A DNA stretch of 64,000 bases from Lophium mytilinum (Eukaryota). The notes beneath the pieces were generated by a model, which was given only the letters and a program-made list of their open reading frames with translations, was not told where the DNA came from and made no database searches. Made by a program: the position numbers and the translations under genes. Position 1 is the stretch's first letter. Each line of letters begins with the position of its first letter. The stretch is taken from NCBI GenBank assembly GCA_010093605.1, contig MU004189.1, positions 937,834 to 1,001,833 on the forward strand, given 5' to 3'. Shown in pieces: positions 27,195-42,635 of the stretch.

Positions 27195-28382
27195 GGAGGA
27201 CTAGCAGTTGCTTTCCTACACAGCGTGTTTTAGTGCGGTGATCGGATGCCGTCTAGATGCACTTGAAAGTTGGTAAGAGAGCAATAGCTGAAGTCTCGCT
27301 TATGGGATAGAAATTTGGTCCGGAACATGGACTTGGATTCGCTGTAGGAGGATCTTTGTGAGAGGGAGCATGCACATGTATTAGAACCAGAGACAACAAG
27401 GGGGGGGGGGGCCGATATGAGCGTTGGACGGGCTGAGAAACGGGAAATGTTGCAGTACACGTCTCATGTGCAGAGGCGGCAGACCTACGCCGCAATCCTG
27501 CAGATATGCAAGCCAAAGGCGCCAAATGTACGCACCCCCTCTCCCAGTGCCAAATTCGAGAGAAGCAATTAGTTAGACAGGTTCGACAGTGACGACATAA
27601 AAACGTACGCGGACAGAAATAGAGGTAATTCAGGGTGGAAGCAGGCCCCCTCGAACGAGATATACACACTCACCCTAGGCTTGTGCATACTTCCATAGCG
27701 CTGCTTGAGACCCTCTAGCATCTTATCGCAAGGCGCAATAGGATATTTTGGACAAGGCATCTGTGTTCGCTTGGTTCGTTAGGGAGGGGAGGTCTACTCA
27801 CCTCACAGGGGGCAGGCCTGGGGGTCATGGAAGGATCAGCGTAGCCACTGCACTAAGATGAAACGCCTCGCTCTCTCAAAGATAATGCGCCCCGGCAGGG
27901 CTAGATACTGTACAGCTTCTTGCCGCATGTCGCGGTTAACGTATCTCGTAAATGCTGCGTAACAAAAGGCTTTCTGACCGTGCAAAGGCTATTCCGGACA
28001 ATAGAACTAATTATCCCTCAGCAGCTTCCAGTACCGTGATATACCTTTACAGCCACCCGTACGCCTACCGCGACAAGCGGCAAGGAGCTGTAGTTAGCCA
28101 GCGCGCAAACCGTGATGAGATGTCTTCCGAGCTAATACCGACTGAGTTAAGCGCTACATAGAATAACGGTGTCGGGCCCCTTCTTATCTAGCCGCTTATT
28201 CTACTCAGCAGCTTCTATATAATTCCTCCTTCCGCCGCTCAACAATGTCGACCGTATGGTACTTGTGACCATGACCCGTGTAGAAGAGTTCCAAGGTGAC
28301 GACAAGCCACCAGTCCACTACGCTATCATCTACCCACTCTATAATTTATCTTCCGCCTACCATCGCCCATCGAGGGATCTTC

Positions 28383-29482
28383 TTAGGCCCTCTGCCAGTC
28401 CAGCTCCAACGCCGACACATCCCACACCTCAACCAAATGCTTTCCCCTCCCACCATTCACCGCAACAGCGATGAGGTCTCCCCTACCCACAAAATGATAC
28501 ACCGCACCCGCAGGCACCCTCAACTCAACACAAGCCCCCCCGTCTCGCCAATCCCGCGCCCGGAGCAACCCATTCATCGCTCCAAAGACCGCGTACCCGT
28601 CTTTCCACACAAAACCCTGCACGGCATTATTTCCCTCCGCGCTCTCGTACGCTCGCATCGTGTCAACAAGAGCACCGGTCGCCCAATCCCACGTCCTAAT
28701 CGTGCCGTCCGCAGAAGAGACGAGATGAGATGGTTTCCGGAATGGTTGAAGAACTGCGTGGCTAATTTCGTATGGCCGACGCAGGTGGCAATGCAGCGTC
28801 CCGAATTGACATCCCAGATCTTTGTCTCGCCCGCTTGCCCGCCGGTGGCGAGGAGTGAGCCGTCTGCGTTGAAGCCGAGTAGGCCCACGTAGCCGCTATG
28901 CGCTCCAGTACGTGTGTGCACTGGGGGTTGTTGAGGTCCCAGATCCGCACGGTGCCGTCCGAGCTGCTGGATGCAAGCAGGTTGCTGCTATGGGCTTTGA
29001 GGGACCTAATGCTTGCGTTGTGTCCACTGAGGGTGTGGAGGCGTGTGCAGGACGGCATATCCCATACACCGAGTTCGCCGTTGCGTGAGCCACTGATGAC
29101 GGTTGTTGAGTTGAGGAACAAGATAGCGGATGGTTTATCCGTGTGACCAACGAGAGTAAGCTGCTCTGCGCTACTCGTCGCTCAGTATGTCTTCGAAAAG
29201 CATTATGAATGCCGCACTCACCCCGCCTTTTAAGTCCCAGAGTCGAATGTGGCGGTTCTCGTATCCCGTCGCGAAAGTGTCTCCCCAGCAGTCAGAATAC
29301 CAACAGCGACCCACTTGTAGTGTTCTTCGATGCTCGCAAATCTCAACGTCTGCATGCTGGCAGCGAAGATCGAGCATAGTAAACTCGCCTGGTACGGTGC
29401 CTACTATAAGGTAATTTTTGGATATTCGGAGCTTGATGACAGCAGAGAGGCCGGGAATCTGAAATTTCGTTCGAGAAAGCAT
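28383..29482 (-). pseudogene. WD40-repeat pseudogene
   Basis: Clear GH...WD repeats spread over three frames, with frameshifts near 28901 and 28719 that cannot be plausible introns. Confidence 0.75.
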
Positions 29483-32400
29483 TTTCTAAGGATTTTTCAA
29501 TTCGCGTTCGCAGCTTGAAAGGGAAGCCGATAATTTAAAGAGCAAGAAGCGGACGCCGTTCAAATGAGCGAAACCAAAGGTGCGTGTAGTTGAACGGCTG
29601 TGCCGCCCCCTTCGTCAAGGTTTCGGTCAGCTGGCCACATGCACAATGCCTACTCGGTCTAGGTATGTTCTGTAAGTAAGTCTCGTGGGCATCACCACCC
29701 ATTTCCTCCTTTACTTACCATACTTTGCCTGTAATAGGGCCATAGCAGACCCTACAGTCCCTACCTTCGTCCTGTAGTTCATCCCAAACTCTGCGACCTC
29801 GCCTTGATCGCGGTGCGGCGGTCCGCGGACTAAGCATCGGGATATCACCAACCTTACCAACTGTTTGCATGTCTCGTCGATCAAACACCAACAATGCTTG
29901 GCGCATATAGCCGCCGCCGAGCGGTGCCCAGATCTCGCCACGATTCGGTAGCCCCCAGCCAGCCTTGCGCATCAGCGCCCCGCCCTCCGAGTTTCCACGA
30001 ATCCATCCGCCACTCCTTCTGGCCACAAACTGCGCCCTTGGCAATACCGTCTCCAGCTGCAAGTCTCCCCCAATAGCCTCGAAACGCTCTCGTTTCGAAC
30101 ACCCAAGCCGTACACATACAACACCGCTACACAGGCCAAGCCGCCTGCCGTTTCTGTATGAATCGCTTTGTCTTCCATTCGGGGCAGCAGCGATGTTTCG
30201 ATTCGACGACGACTTAGCCGGGTCCGAAAGTCTGGTTGAATCCTCACAAACCTGGATGCGATGCCAAAAGTATTACAATCGTGTGCCTGTTCCTAGACGA
30301 TAGTTGGATGCCGCTGTCAAGGTCCAAGCCGAACGGATTTGCACGTCGCACTAACGCTGAATCTCTATATCAAAACTATGTGCAGGCGAATCGAGCTATA
30401 CTAGACACCAACGATCCGCAGATAGTGGTGTGATCGGGACGGTGATGGAGGTCAGAAGACGCTCTGCTCCGCTCATGCCGACGGGTCGCAGGTGCGCTGT
30501 GGTAGGCATGGGGATCGAGTATTACGAGACGTTCGCTGACAAGTTGAGAGGGAAAGAGAGTGATAGATAGGGGAACTGCTTATGCCAGAAGATGTTTGAG
30601 TATGCAATGAGTCCATGGTAGGTTGACAGATTACGTGGAGTTGGAGATTTACGTGTAATGTGAACCAAGAAGACGATTACATATCCTACTTAGTCGGTGA
30701 ATTGTTGACTGAAACGCAACTCTTAAGATGGAGCTGACCTTACAACTTGCCGTCATGGTTTGCTCTTCGTTCTTTTGTAGCATACACTAAGCCGTCCAAC
30801 GGCTTCCCAGATAAAAGCATATCAAAGCTCCTGAGAGACGTCTGGACCGAAGGATGTAGGTAGCTTCCGTCTCAGGACCAAGGGAAACTATAAAGGTAAA
30901 ATTGCCGATCCTCGGAACCTCGTTATCGCCACCCCCGATCTTCTGAAGAGCTAGTGCACACACGATGCGGTAGGTGTCTGAGTACTGGATACTCGGTCCT
31001 GGTACTGCATTAACAGTCCTTCGAAGTCGGCATGATGGGTGAGACCGGATTTTCAAGTAGTTTCAAGAGAACGGGGAGAAAAACGAGATTTGCAATTGGA
31101 GGAAAGCGGGGTGGGTGGAACTTAAATTGCGCCATTTAAAATTCTCCTACCTTCAGAGTACCACGAAGACGTTCCGGACTGTACGCAGACAACGCTTGCA
31201 CGGTGAGACGTTCGTCGGATAGACCAGAAAAGTTAGTAAAAGAGCAGAAAGCTCGGTAAATACGCACTAGTAACGCCAATTTCATATTGATGAACAGGAA
31301 TCACGTATACATATTCGAAGGACAGTCGAGAGCGTGGAACGTGGTACCTAAGGATCAGCGGGTTGCAGTCCTACATTACCTATTGTTGGAAGCACCTGAA
31401 GTCGATGACCATTGGCACTGATATTAACAGTACGTCAAGTCTGTTGTGCCGCTGATCCACGTCTGTAACTTCAACGGGTCGACACTGGCCATTTTCTCGG
31501 CTTTGGAATGATCAAGAGCTCCATCTAGCCTATTGATGAGGTGCGCATGAAAGGAATGCCCAAAGCGACTGAAGATAGACACAGGCCAAAACAAGGTGAG
31601 CCGCTATCGACTTTCTTTTTCGAGACACAAGTGCAGCGATGCGATGTCGCTACGGCAGATCCTCGTATACAATGCACGCCATCGAGCGACACATGAATGG
31701 CGCTGCTCGGGCGGAGAAGACAGCATCGAGATTCGCTGTGTTGTTTTCAGAAGGACGGATGGGACGAGGTGTTGAGTTCGCTTGGAGGCAGGATCTCCAG
31801 GGTGCAGATGCATGGGGGACGGCCCCCACTTTAAAGTGACATGGACTTTGCAAAAGGCGATGGTTGAGGAATGCGGCTGAAAATTTCTCCTGCTTTGTTC
31901 CTGGATGCGGAAGGGTTCTTTGAAAAGGTTGGAGAGGCGGGAGACGAGTGCCTGAAGTTACACCGCATCGACGAGCCTCTAGGCTGCTCCTGGGAAGCCG
32001 TAGTCTAGTGGGTAAGGCGTGCCCCAAGGTAACGAGAACTGCGAAGGCCTCGCACGTGAAAGTATCCATCCCAACGGAAGTATGGCGTGAACAACGCAGA
32101 TGCATGAAGACGACAGCTTTGCATGAAGCGTGCAGCTGGCCTCTCAACGCCGGCCGAGCGCGCCGCCGTGTGTAACATTGCCATCCCTCGGCATGCCGGG
32201 CCCGCAGGCCTACGGTCTCGTTGCACTCTGCGGCGAGCGATGTCGCCGGACGCGTCTCCATGAGGCATCTCGAGATATTTTGATCCGTCTAGGCACTCGG
32301 CGAACGTCGTAGCGAGCCGTCGCCCCACTCGGCGCCATGAATCGGTGATGATGCCCGCAGGTCTGGGTCGGTAGGCGCCAGAGGAACCAGGGCACAAGCA

Positions 32401-33410
32401 AGATCGCCTTTCACATGGCAATCGCGACAATCTCTCCGACCTCACCACCATTGGCGCCTCGTCGTCCACGGTGACGAAGCTGCCACAGAACCGCTGGACG
32501 ACGCCTGTCCGAGTCGATTGGCGTGGAGCCCTGCAGACGGAAGCATGACTGCGTGCTGCAGCCTGCACCCCTCATTTCAGCGACCCCAGACAAAGCACAT
32601 GGTTCTGCTTAGGGTTTGTGTGCTGTGCTGGAAGACGCGAGAAGGCGTGGGGATGAGGCGGATGGCATGCTATCAGTTGGCTAGCAAGCGGATAATAAAA
32701 TAGCAGCGTGGGCGTACGTAAAGGCCCCCTTTCTAACGGCAGCACCAAGCTTGAGGGTGGATGGAGGGGCGGTTCGATTGGGCGCAGGCAGTCGGTGAGG
32801 CGCGCCGGGACGGGGAGGCTGCACCTTGAACGCGGATTGGCGGTGCTGGGGCAAGCTTGAGGGAGGGTGTCGTATGAAGCCTGCAAGCGTCGCAGTGGCC
32901 AGAGTCTGTTGCGGGCGCCAGCATGGTCCATGGTCTGTTTGTGGTGTTGTTGCAGTGAAGCCTTATCGTTCTGACGTTGCGGGCCCGAGCTTCCTTGATA
33001 CTTTCACATGCCAGGATGCAAGGGAAGCACAAAGTTGGCACCCCAAGCACACCCAAATCGTAAGACCACGCCCGCCCAACACCCATATTCCCATATCCTG
33101 CCCTCGCGCCTCCCACTACTATTCCCACCATCGCACCCACCACACTTTTCTGACTTCCACACTCCCCGAACACGTTGCGCGAAAGCATTCATCAGGTTTG
33201 TTGCGCCCCCGCCGGTTGATTGCGGCCCACTGACGCCGCTTTCAGACACACAGCTCCAAATCTTCGCCCACACCGCGACCGACAGTCCGCCTTCTATTTA
33301 AAACGTACGTCGCGCCTGCAGGGACTTTCCGAGTCTTTCCAATCTTCCCCCCTCAGCATTCAGACTTATAAACGCCGTTCTAACCTTATCGCCATCACCA
33401 GACACTCTTC

Positions 33411-34120
33411 ATGCCCCACGCTGAAGAATCCTCCACCATGTCGACCACATTGACCAACGGCGAGAAGTCGCACTCCAAAGTCCTCTCTGTAAGTTCATAC
33501 ACTTCTGCTTTCATCCCGTACACCATCAGCCAGCATGGTTGGCGCCGACTCCAGCCTCACCCGTCCCGCCACCCCTCACCACACCACCACCCAAGCCCTC
33601 GGACTCCTGCTGACACCATCCTTCGCAGCACATCACCTCCTACCCGGTCGTGTCCGACTCCATCTCCACATATAAGTCGAACCCATACGGCAAGAAGTCC
33701 ATCGACCTCGCCAACACCGCCTACTCCAAGTTCGGCTCGCCCCTCCTACCATACCTCCAGACCCCCTACAGCTACGTCGCCCCATACGTCGAGAAGGCCG
33801 ATTCGTTCGCCGACAGCACTCTGTCCACCGTCGACTCCAAGTTCCCCATCGTCAAGGAAGACACCCAGAAGGTTAAGGGCACCATCGTCGACTTTGCCTT
33901 CTTCCCACTACGTCTCGCCGGCTCAGGCAAGAACTACGTCTTCGGCACCTTCAACGACGAGTACAAGAAGACCGGTGGCGACGATGGCATCTTCAAGCTG
34001 GCCAAGGCCACCATCTCGACCGAACTGAAGGTTGGCCACGACACACTGAACTATATCATCTCATACTGGAACAAGGGCAAGGAGGCTGCCACAGAGAAGA
34101 AGAACCAGGTTGCGGAATAG
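33411..34120 (+). CDS. CAP20: Perilipin-like lipid-droplet protein (CAP20/MPL1 family), 2 exons
   Basis: MPHAEE..TNGEK..HITSYPVVSDSISTYKSNPYGKKS; PYVEKADS; DSKFPIVKEDT. Intron 33489-33628; TATA-like TATTTAAA at about 33295. Confidence 0.9.
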
Positions 34121-36256
34121 TTTAGAACGAGATGTTGCTTTTGCTGTATTCGGGTAATGGATGGTTATGGGGTAGTATTGCGCTCATTGCATCTGTCACA
34201 TCGATCCTTGGATGAATTCTCTATTCCCCGCTTCGACGTTTACTCATCTCCATTCCTTTTTCTTGCGCGGGTACTGGATTGATGTTATACCTCTACTTTG
34301 CCGTTTCATCTTTATTCTAGCGCGGGTTGTACACGACTCTTAGGGAAATAGACTGGTTTTATTCTGCTCCCATCCCACATGCCTCTGCAAACGCGACGTA
34401 ATACGGCCAGGCACCTCCAAATGAGCACAAATACTTTCTGGCCTGAAAAGACATCCGGCGCAAATCCGTACCAATGTCTCGGCGCTGAAATCAGCTCTCA
34501 ATTATCGAGTTGAGCACCACACGGTGATGGCTATTCGTACACAGAAGTCAGTGCGAGGTCTAGACCATAAGCTAACCTCCAATCACAGTACAGGCTACTC
34601 GATCGCATGTCGAGATTGAAAGACCCGCTGCTCTAGGTGACTTCATCTCCGCGTCCATGTGTTTCAACTCAAGTCCCAAGTAATCTACCAATCACTGACT
34701 AGTTTTGGCATGTGATCACATCTTAGACCACCCGCAATCTATCTAGTACACCTCTACTCTATGCCCTGCTGGCCTGCGCAGTTTCATCGGCGACGGCTCA
34801 CCGACCTCGAGTTGTACGATTCGATGCCTCGGGAGAGGTTCAAGTTAACCTAAACACATCGCTCACGGGGCATTTACGACGTAGGTTAAGGATGGTTTTA
34901 GTGGTATGAGCGCCTGCCCCGCCCACGGATTGTTTATTCCTACTCAGCCCTGATTTCATTATGTTACATACATCATTATCTAGCCAAAACATGTGTTAAA
35001 TTATCTCCCGGTGCTAAAATGAGCGCGAAAAACTTACGCGGTCTACCCGCGATGCATTCTTCATAACTGTACACCTTTGCGAGGGCATTCTGGCAAGGCT
35101 GCAACTGTTGAAACCCACTGCCCTTGTATGATTTCCGCTTGTATATGATCGGGCCTAAACAGGCAACTTTAGCCTCTATAGACTTTCTCAAAATCATGAA
35201 AGCATTCAGAATATACTCCTCTTTCGCTGCATACTCTTTCTAAGCAGGCCTCTCTCTACATCCTTATATCCATACTCCGTGCTTCTCTATATGGCATTGA
35301 TTCACAACGTCTCTTTGACTTCCCACAAACGCTGAAACACAAAGACTCAAGAATTTAGCCACAACAGCAAAGATTTCTTTCACAAAGTTGGAAGCGTCTG
35401 CAGCTCAGTCGGAACTCTGATTGGGAGCGGTACTTCATTCATTGACAGTACTAATGTTATAGCGATGTCTGGGGTATGATCAGATATCGAGGATCTAGTG
35501 GTAAAGTAACCCCCCCATCAGGCTCCCCCCTTCATTCATTTCTTTATGGCCGATGTTTCTCACGCCGTCTACCTACCTCCCCACGCTTCGTTTCCCGTTG
35601 CGCTCCTACCTCAAGTCTCCCTCATCTGTGAGACTCTAGGGACGGTTTGGTAATAAGGATACTGTGTGTGGTCGTGCTGGAGGGTTGTCAGGGGATGATG
35701 GGAGTGAGTGTTTGAGAGTCTAGGAGAGAGATGGAAGGCGAATGGGGTAGGAGATCAGCTTAAACTTGGATGGGGTTTGATTGACATAAGACTGGAGTGG
35801 TGCGTTTGAGAAAAGTGGTTATCTATAGCTCGGTTGTCGTTATGAGTAGGCAAGGAATGAAAGGGTTGGCGCAAGCGCCTCAACGTGAAGGATTCGAGAA
35901 CAGGGCAGTGAAGAATGGCAGGTCTGCAGTCAAAGAAAACGGTGAGGGCGAAAGCTTATATGCTAGCTTTCAAGCAATCGAAAGCATAGAGCGCACATCT
36001 AAATCATCAAATGAAGAAGAGGATGAACCGCCGAAACATGAGCTTATCAGAGCACAGCACCCGGGCAATCCAAAAGGCAGCATACGAACAGTTAGACGCT
36101 CTCATCGAATTTCATGCAATGACGCCATGTTGTTTAACTGGCAAGATGAGCTAAAGGTGTGGCGAGTTGCCGTTAGGACAGCCTATCAATCCCACTCCCA
36201 TTTCCCAGAGTTCCCGCCATTTCGCTGCCAGTCATCCGTGACACAAAGAGACACAC

Positions 36257-37639
36257 TCAGAAACGCAGGGGCTGGAAGAACCACCTGTTCTTTCCGCTCG
36301 AGTATCTCTCCTCTAGCGCCTTTTTCACCGACTTTTTGGCCTCCTCGCGCTGGCTGACTTCCCTGTTGAAAGATTAGTATTGCTGAGCTGGGTGGTTAAG
36401 TGGTGGAGGCGGGACGTACTTGAAGGTATCTGTGGAGAGAACGCCCTTCAGCGACTCGAGTTCGAGGGTGTATCGCGTGGGCATGACTGCGGTGGGTCAG
36501 TGATTGGTGTGGTAGATGAGTGGTGGATGATGCGTACGGTGGTTGTAGTTGACCTGCTTGACGAATGGCTTGACCTTGCTTCGCTTCTCCTGTCGGGACT
36601 TGCTCATTCTACGGGTGACGCTGGATGGGTATCTGTTTAAAGTGTGAGTTACTGGTGCCCAGGTAAAGATGTGGTTCCAAATTCGTACCTCTCGATGCCT
36701 GCCACGAGCGCGTGGGGGAAAGGGTGCGCCTTTGAGCCAGTGTCGAGGGTCTGGGGGGAATTAATTATGTGAGGCAGATGATTTGCAGTCTGATCATACC
36801 TGGATGATGACGACCTAGAGTTACGTTAGCGACAGTTCAATGATAATTTGAATTGAAAGAATAGGCTTGTGGGCATAGTGGGAAACATGGGCGAAGCTGC
36901 CATGGCTGATTCTCGAACGTTGACTATCGTGAAAACGCCGTACCAGCCTCGATCTAGGAAGACGTGGGGAGCGCAAGTGTTGAAGAAGAGAGAATCCTTA
37001 CCTTCTTTCCGGCATGGCGACCTCGGGTGACCTGTTTCCATACTGTCAAAATGCTGTCCACGTTCAGAAGTTTTCATGCCACATACGATCGCAACCCGTC
37101 CTGTCTTGAGAACTACAGAACCGTCAGCAATTTGTTTCTCTCGAATCTGTATCCCACTCCCAGCCCCGATCCTAGTGCCGTCCCAGAAACATCACGCAGC
37201 CGTTCAATTGACCGTCCTCGACCGATCCGGGAATTCGAAATTGCCTCTGCTGTATCGCATCCTCGTGTTGTTTGTCCCAAAGAGACCCCCATCCCGAGTT
37301 CGGTGCAGTTCTAAGATCCCTCTGCGAGCAGCTTTCCTCTAGTGTTCGTGCCCTTCGATGGTTCTCGCGCGGTCGAGGTTTGGAGGGTCAATTGACGGTT
37401 GGCGGTTCTGGAGGCATACTGGATCCAAGCGCACAAAAAAGAGAATACACGTACATTTCACCCTGTGCACAAAGAAAGTTAGCGGTCGTCCTATCAATAA
37501 AAGCAGTAGAGACCCATAAGGGAGCCCAGGAGCACAGCAGACTCTCCATGCGCCATTCTTTGGGTATCCCTGTGGCCTCGGAGAGCGCTTGGTATGTTCT
37601 TCTCGGGCAGCATAGGGGAGATGAACTGTAGACGTACAT
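36257..37639 (-). CDS. RPL27: 60S ribosomal protein L27 (eL27), 9 exons
   Basis: Exons 37639-37638, 37462-37455, 37112-37087, 37031-37002, 36814-36800, 36750-36689, 36632-36538, 36486-36420 and 36362-36257 give [27 protein letters not shown]...[12 protein letters not shown]. Confidence 0.96.
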
Positions 37640-37857
37640 TTTGAATCGTCGACTGAGCGTGTAGTGTCGTCGAGGTGGTTTCGTCAGTCGCTGCGTCGAT
37701 GGCGGTCGCACTTCCTGCGAAATTCAAGTGCGGGCTCGTTCCGGAAAAACGAGCAAGCGACGCCGACTGCCAAGCCTCAAGTAGCGACCAATCACAGAGA
37801 ACGAATCGGAAGAAGACTTGGAACATCGTCCAGATGCGCAAACTTTTAATGGCATTC

Positions 37858-37916
37858 GATGGAGACACCCGAGTGAGATGGAGACACCTGAGTGAGGTGG
37901 AGACACCCGAGTGAGG
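37858..37916. repeat. 19-bp tandem repeat x3
   Basis: gatggagacacccgagtga / gatggagacacctgagtga / ggtggagacacccgagtga. Confidence 0.9.
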
Positions 37917-38280
37917 TTGTACTGGAGCATTAGAGAAGTGAGAATGCTCGTCTCTCCTAGCTAAATATCATACAAAGATTATGTCACGACAAGGGATGCA
38001 CATCGTATGGTGGCCAGCGCTGTATAGTTCTTTTAATGCTAGGTCTAACTTTAATCTATTGAAACGGAAAGGAAACTATGAAGAAGCCCATTCTGGGAGC
38101 TTCGGGCCATCAAGCCTGGAACGAAGTGGAAAAGATTGCACTCTTCTATCACATGCCATGTCTGCAAACCCAACCCACAGGACCACTCGTCTGGACATGC
38201 ATGTACATAACTCATTCCAAGCCCACCAAATATCCTGAACCCAAACACCACTACGCACGCTGGAACGCAGAGAAGAGCGC

Positions 38281-40106
<1,826 letters not shown>

Positions 40107-41143
40107 GGACGACTGTCCTGCAGCGAAAGTAGTGAGGGTGGAGGTGGTGGGGGCTGTTGTCGTGGCGACTGGCAATTATCTATTCGAACTCGAACAAGCT
40201 AAGAAGACTGTGGAGATGGTGGCCCGCGCTTGGTCTCGGTGCTGGGATGCGGCCCCTAAATTTCGAGCGCCTTCACAGTTTCGAGGGAGAATAATGGGGA
40301 GAATGGAGGCACAGTTGTCCTATTCCGTGTGCTGCTCAGGGGGATCGGTCACGGCGACGGCTGTTACTGCGAAGCCTTCCTCATATCACTGCTGATTGGC
40401 GTGATGGCCCCCACTGCAGAGCCGCCCATATGTTGATCCACGGCGAACTGCCTCAACCTGCACACCTGCGAGTTGTGCCTGCGTGCTCCCGCCTGTGCCT
40501 CGCTCTCTGCAACGGTGTGGACGTGGCGCGCCGTTTGCTGTACGCCTGTGGCACCGCCGTTGCCGCTGCTCGAGAGGACAGATTGAAGCCAGCTTCAACC
40601 TTGCAGCGTGAGGCGTTGGCTGCTCCGCCCTCCTCATATACACAAAGATTGCAGTATCTAAAACAGTGAATCCTCCACGCAAGCTGCTCCACTGCGCAGC
40701 CGATCTGTGTTTCAGCTGCCGGGGAATTTGTCCATCCTCATACCGCCGTGAAAATCGTGCTCTTTTGCCGTTGCGTCCTACCTTTAGCACGCGCGCTCTC
40801 CGTCGTTCTTACTGGCTGTTGCGCTTCTAGCCGCTACGCATTCCTTGTGTACTACGACGACCTTCTCCTAATTATCCGCCACTCCACCACCTCCCCCTTC
40901 CACTTTGTGACCTCAAGCAATCCGTCCACCCACAGGCCTCGTCTTCCCGCAACCTGTGGACCCGTGTCGCAGTCGAAGCCCGCTGTCCTGTGACGCACTC
41001 GGTCGTGCGCAGCCCCCTGGTTCTTGCGACCTGTCCGGTACAAAGCCAGCGCTCTTGGCTTTCGCAACTCCTTGGCTTCACGACCCCAACTATTCCAACT
41101 ATTCTAACTACTCGTCTCTCGTTTCTCTCCACCCGCCGCCGCC

Positions 41144-42635
41144 ATGTCCAGCGATGAGAAGGTCCGCTCGTCCATGGACGCTGCGCGAGACCCCGCTGCG
41201 CCTGTCCTCCCAACTGTCAATCCCGACATTGAGAAGCCTCAGCCAGAGGTGGCCTCGTTGCATCCCGCCGTCTACATTGCGTAAGTTGAGTCTTTGATCT
41301 GTTTGCAAAACAGGCTGGACGTATGGGAGCGGCCGCTGACCATATCGCGCAGTTCCTGGATCACTCTTAGCTCCAGTGTTATTGTCTTCAACAAGTGGAT
41401 ATTAGACTCCGCTGGCTTTCGTAAGTTGCAGAGACCCCCGATTCCCAGCATTCTTCAATGCTAACAACTTGATTACAGATTTCCGTAAGTTGGCGCACCA
41501 CAATCCTCTCACGGCTTCATTCTGACCCCCGCAGCCATTTTCCTTACAACATGGCATCTTGTGTTCGCCACGGTCATGACCCAGATTCTCGCGCGCTTCA
41601 CAACTATCCTGGATTCAAGGAAGAAGGTCCCGATGACTGGACGCGTATACTTGCGGGCTATCGTCCCCATTGGAGTCTTCTTCAGCTTGAGCTTGATCTG
41701 CGGTAACCAGGCATACCTCTATCTCAGTGTTGCATTCATTCAGATGCTCAAGGTACACGCTCCCCAAATAAACATGATGGGCGCAAAACTGACGCGGAAT
41801 ACAGGCCACCATGCCTGTCGTCCTTCTTCTCGCTACCTGGGGTCTCGGAGTCGCTCCGCCCAATATGAAAACTCTTGGCAATGTCTCTTTCATTGTGGTC
41901 GGTGTCATCATCGCCTCGCTCGGCGAGATCAAATTCGACATGACCGGGTTCCTATACCAGTGCGGTGGCATTGTCTTCGAGGCCATCCGTCTAGTTATGG
42001 TTCAGCGCATTCTGAGCTCCGCCGAGTTCAAGATGGACCCGCTCGTTTCTCTGTACTACTACGCTCCTGCTTGCGCTCTCATGAACGGCTTCGTTTGCCT
42101 CATCATGGAGGCCCCACGCCTGACTATGGCCGATATTCAAATGGTCGGAGGCTTCGTCCTGTTTGCTAACGCCCTCGTTGCTTTCCTGCTTAACGTCTCA
42201 GTAGTCTTCTTGGTAAACATTTGCGACCCTCTTATTTAAGAACCAGGCTAACTTTCTCAACAGATTGGCAAGACTTCGTCCCTCGTCCTCACCCTTTCCG
42301 GCGTGCTCAAGGATATTCTGCTCGTCTTCGCTTCCATGTTCCTCTTCGGTGACCCAGTGTCTCTTCTCCAGGCTTTCGGTTACGGCATTGCTCTCTGTGG
42401 TCTCGTCTACTACAAGCTTGGCGCCGAGATGCTGAAGGAGTACATTGGCCAAGGAGGCATGATGTGGGCTGATTTCGGAGCTCGCAAGCCCGTCGCCCGA
42501 AAGCTCGTCGTTTTTGGTGTCGTCCTCACTGGCATGTTCCTCGTCCTTGCCGGCCTTGCTCCAACGTTTGCCCCTGAGTCCGACCAGTTGCTGAAGTCGA
42601 AGATCGGAGGCTTGCTTGGGGAAAAGGGCGCTTGA
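41144..42635 (+). CDS. glfB: UDP-galactofuranose transporter (TPT/SLC35 family)
   Basis: HPAVYIA..LSSSVIVFNKWIL, FLTTWH, SVAFIQMLKA, MDPLVSLYYYAP, GKTSSL..GVLKD. Divergent from glfA, as known in aspergilli. Includes a 6-nt microexon at 41479-41484. Confidence 0.92.

Noticed and set aside
14251..31000. Starship giant transposon
   Set aside because: No tyrosine recombinase (captain) gene or boundary direct repeats seen.
29700..33300. ORF clusters upstream of CAP20
   Set aside because: No domain or coherent splice structure; more likely a long promoter or decayed sequence.
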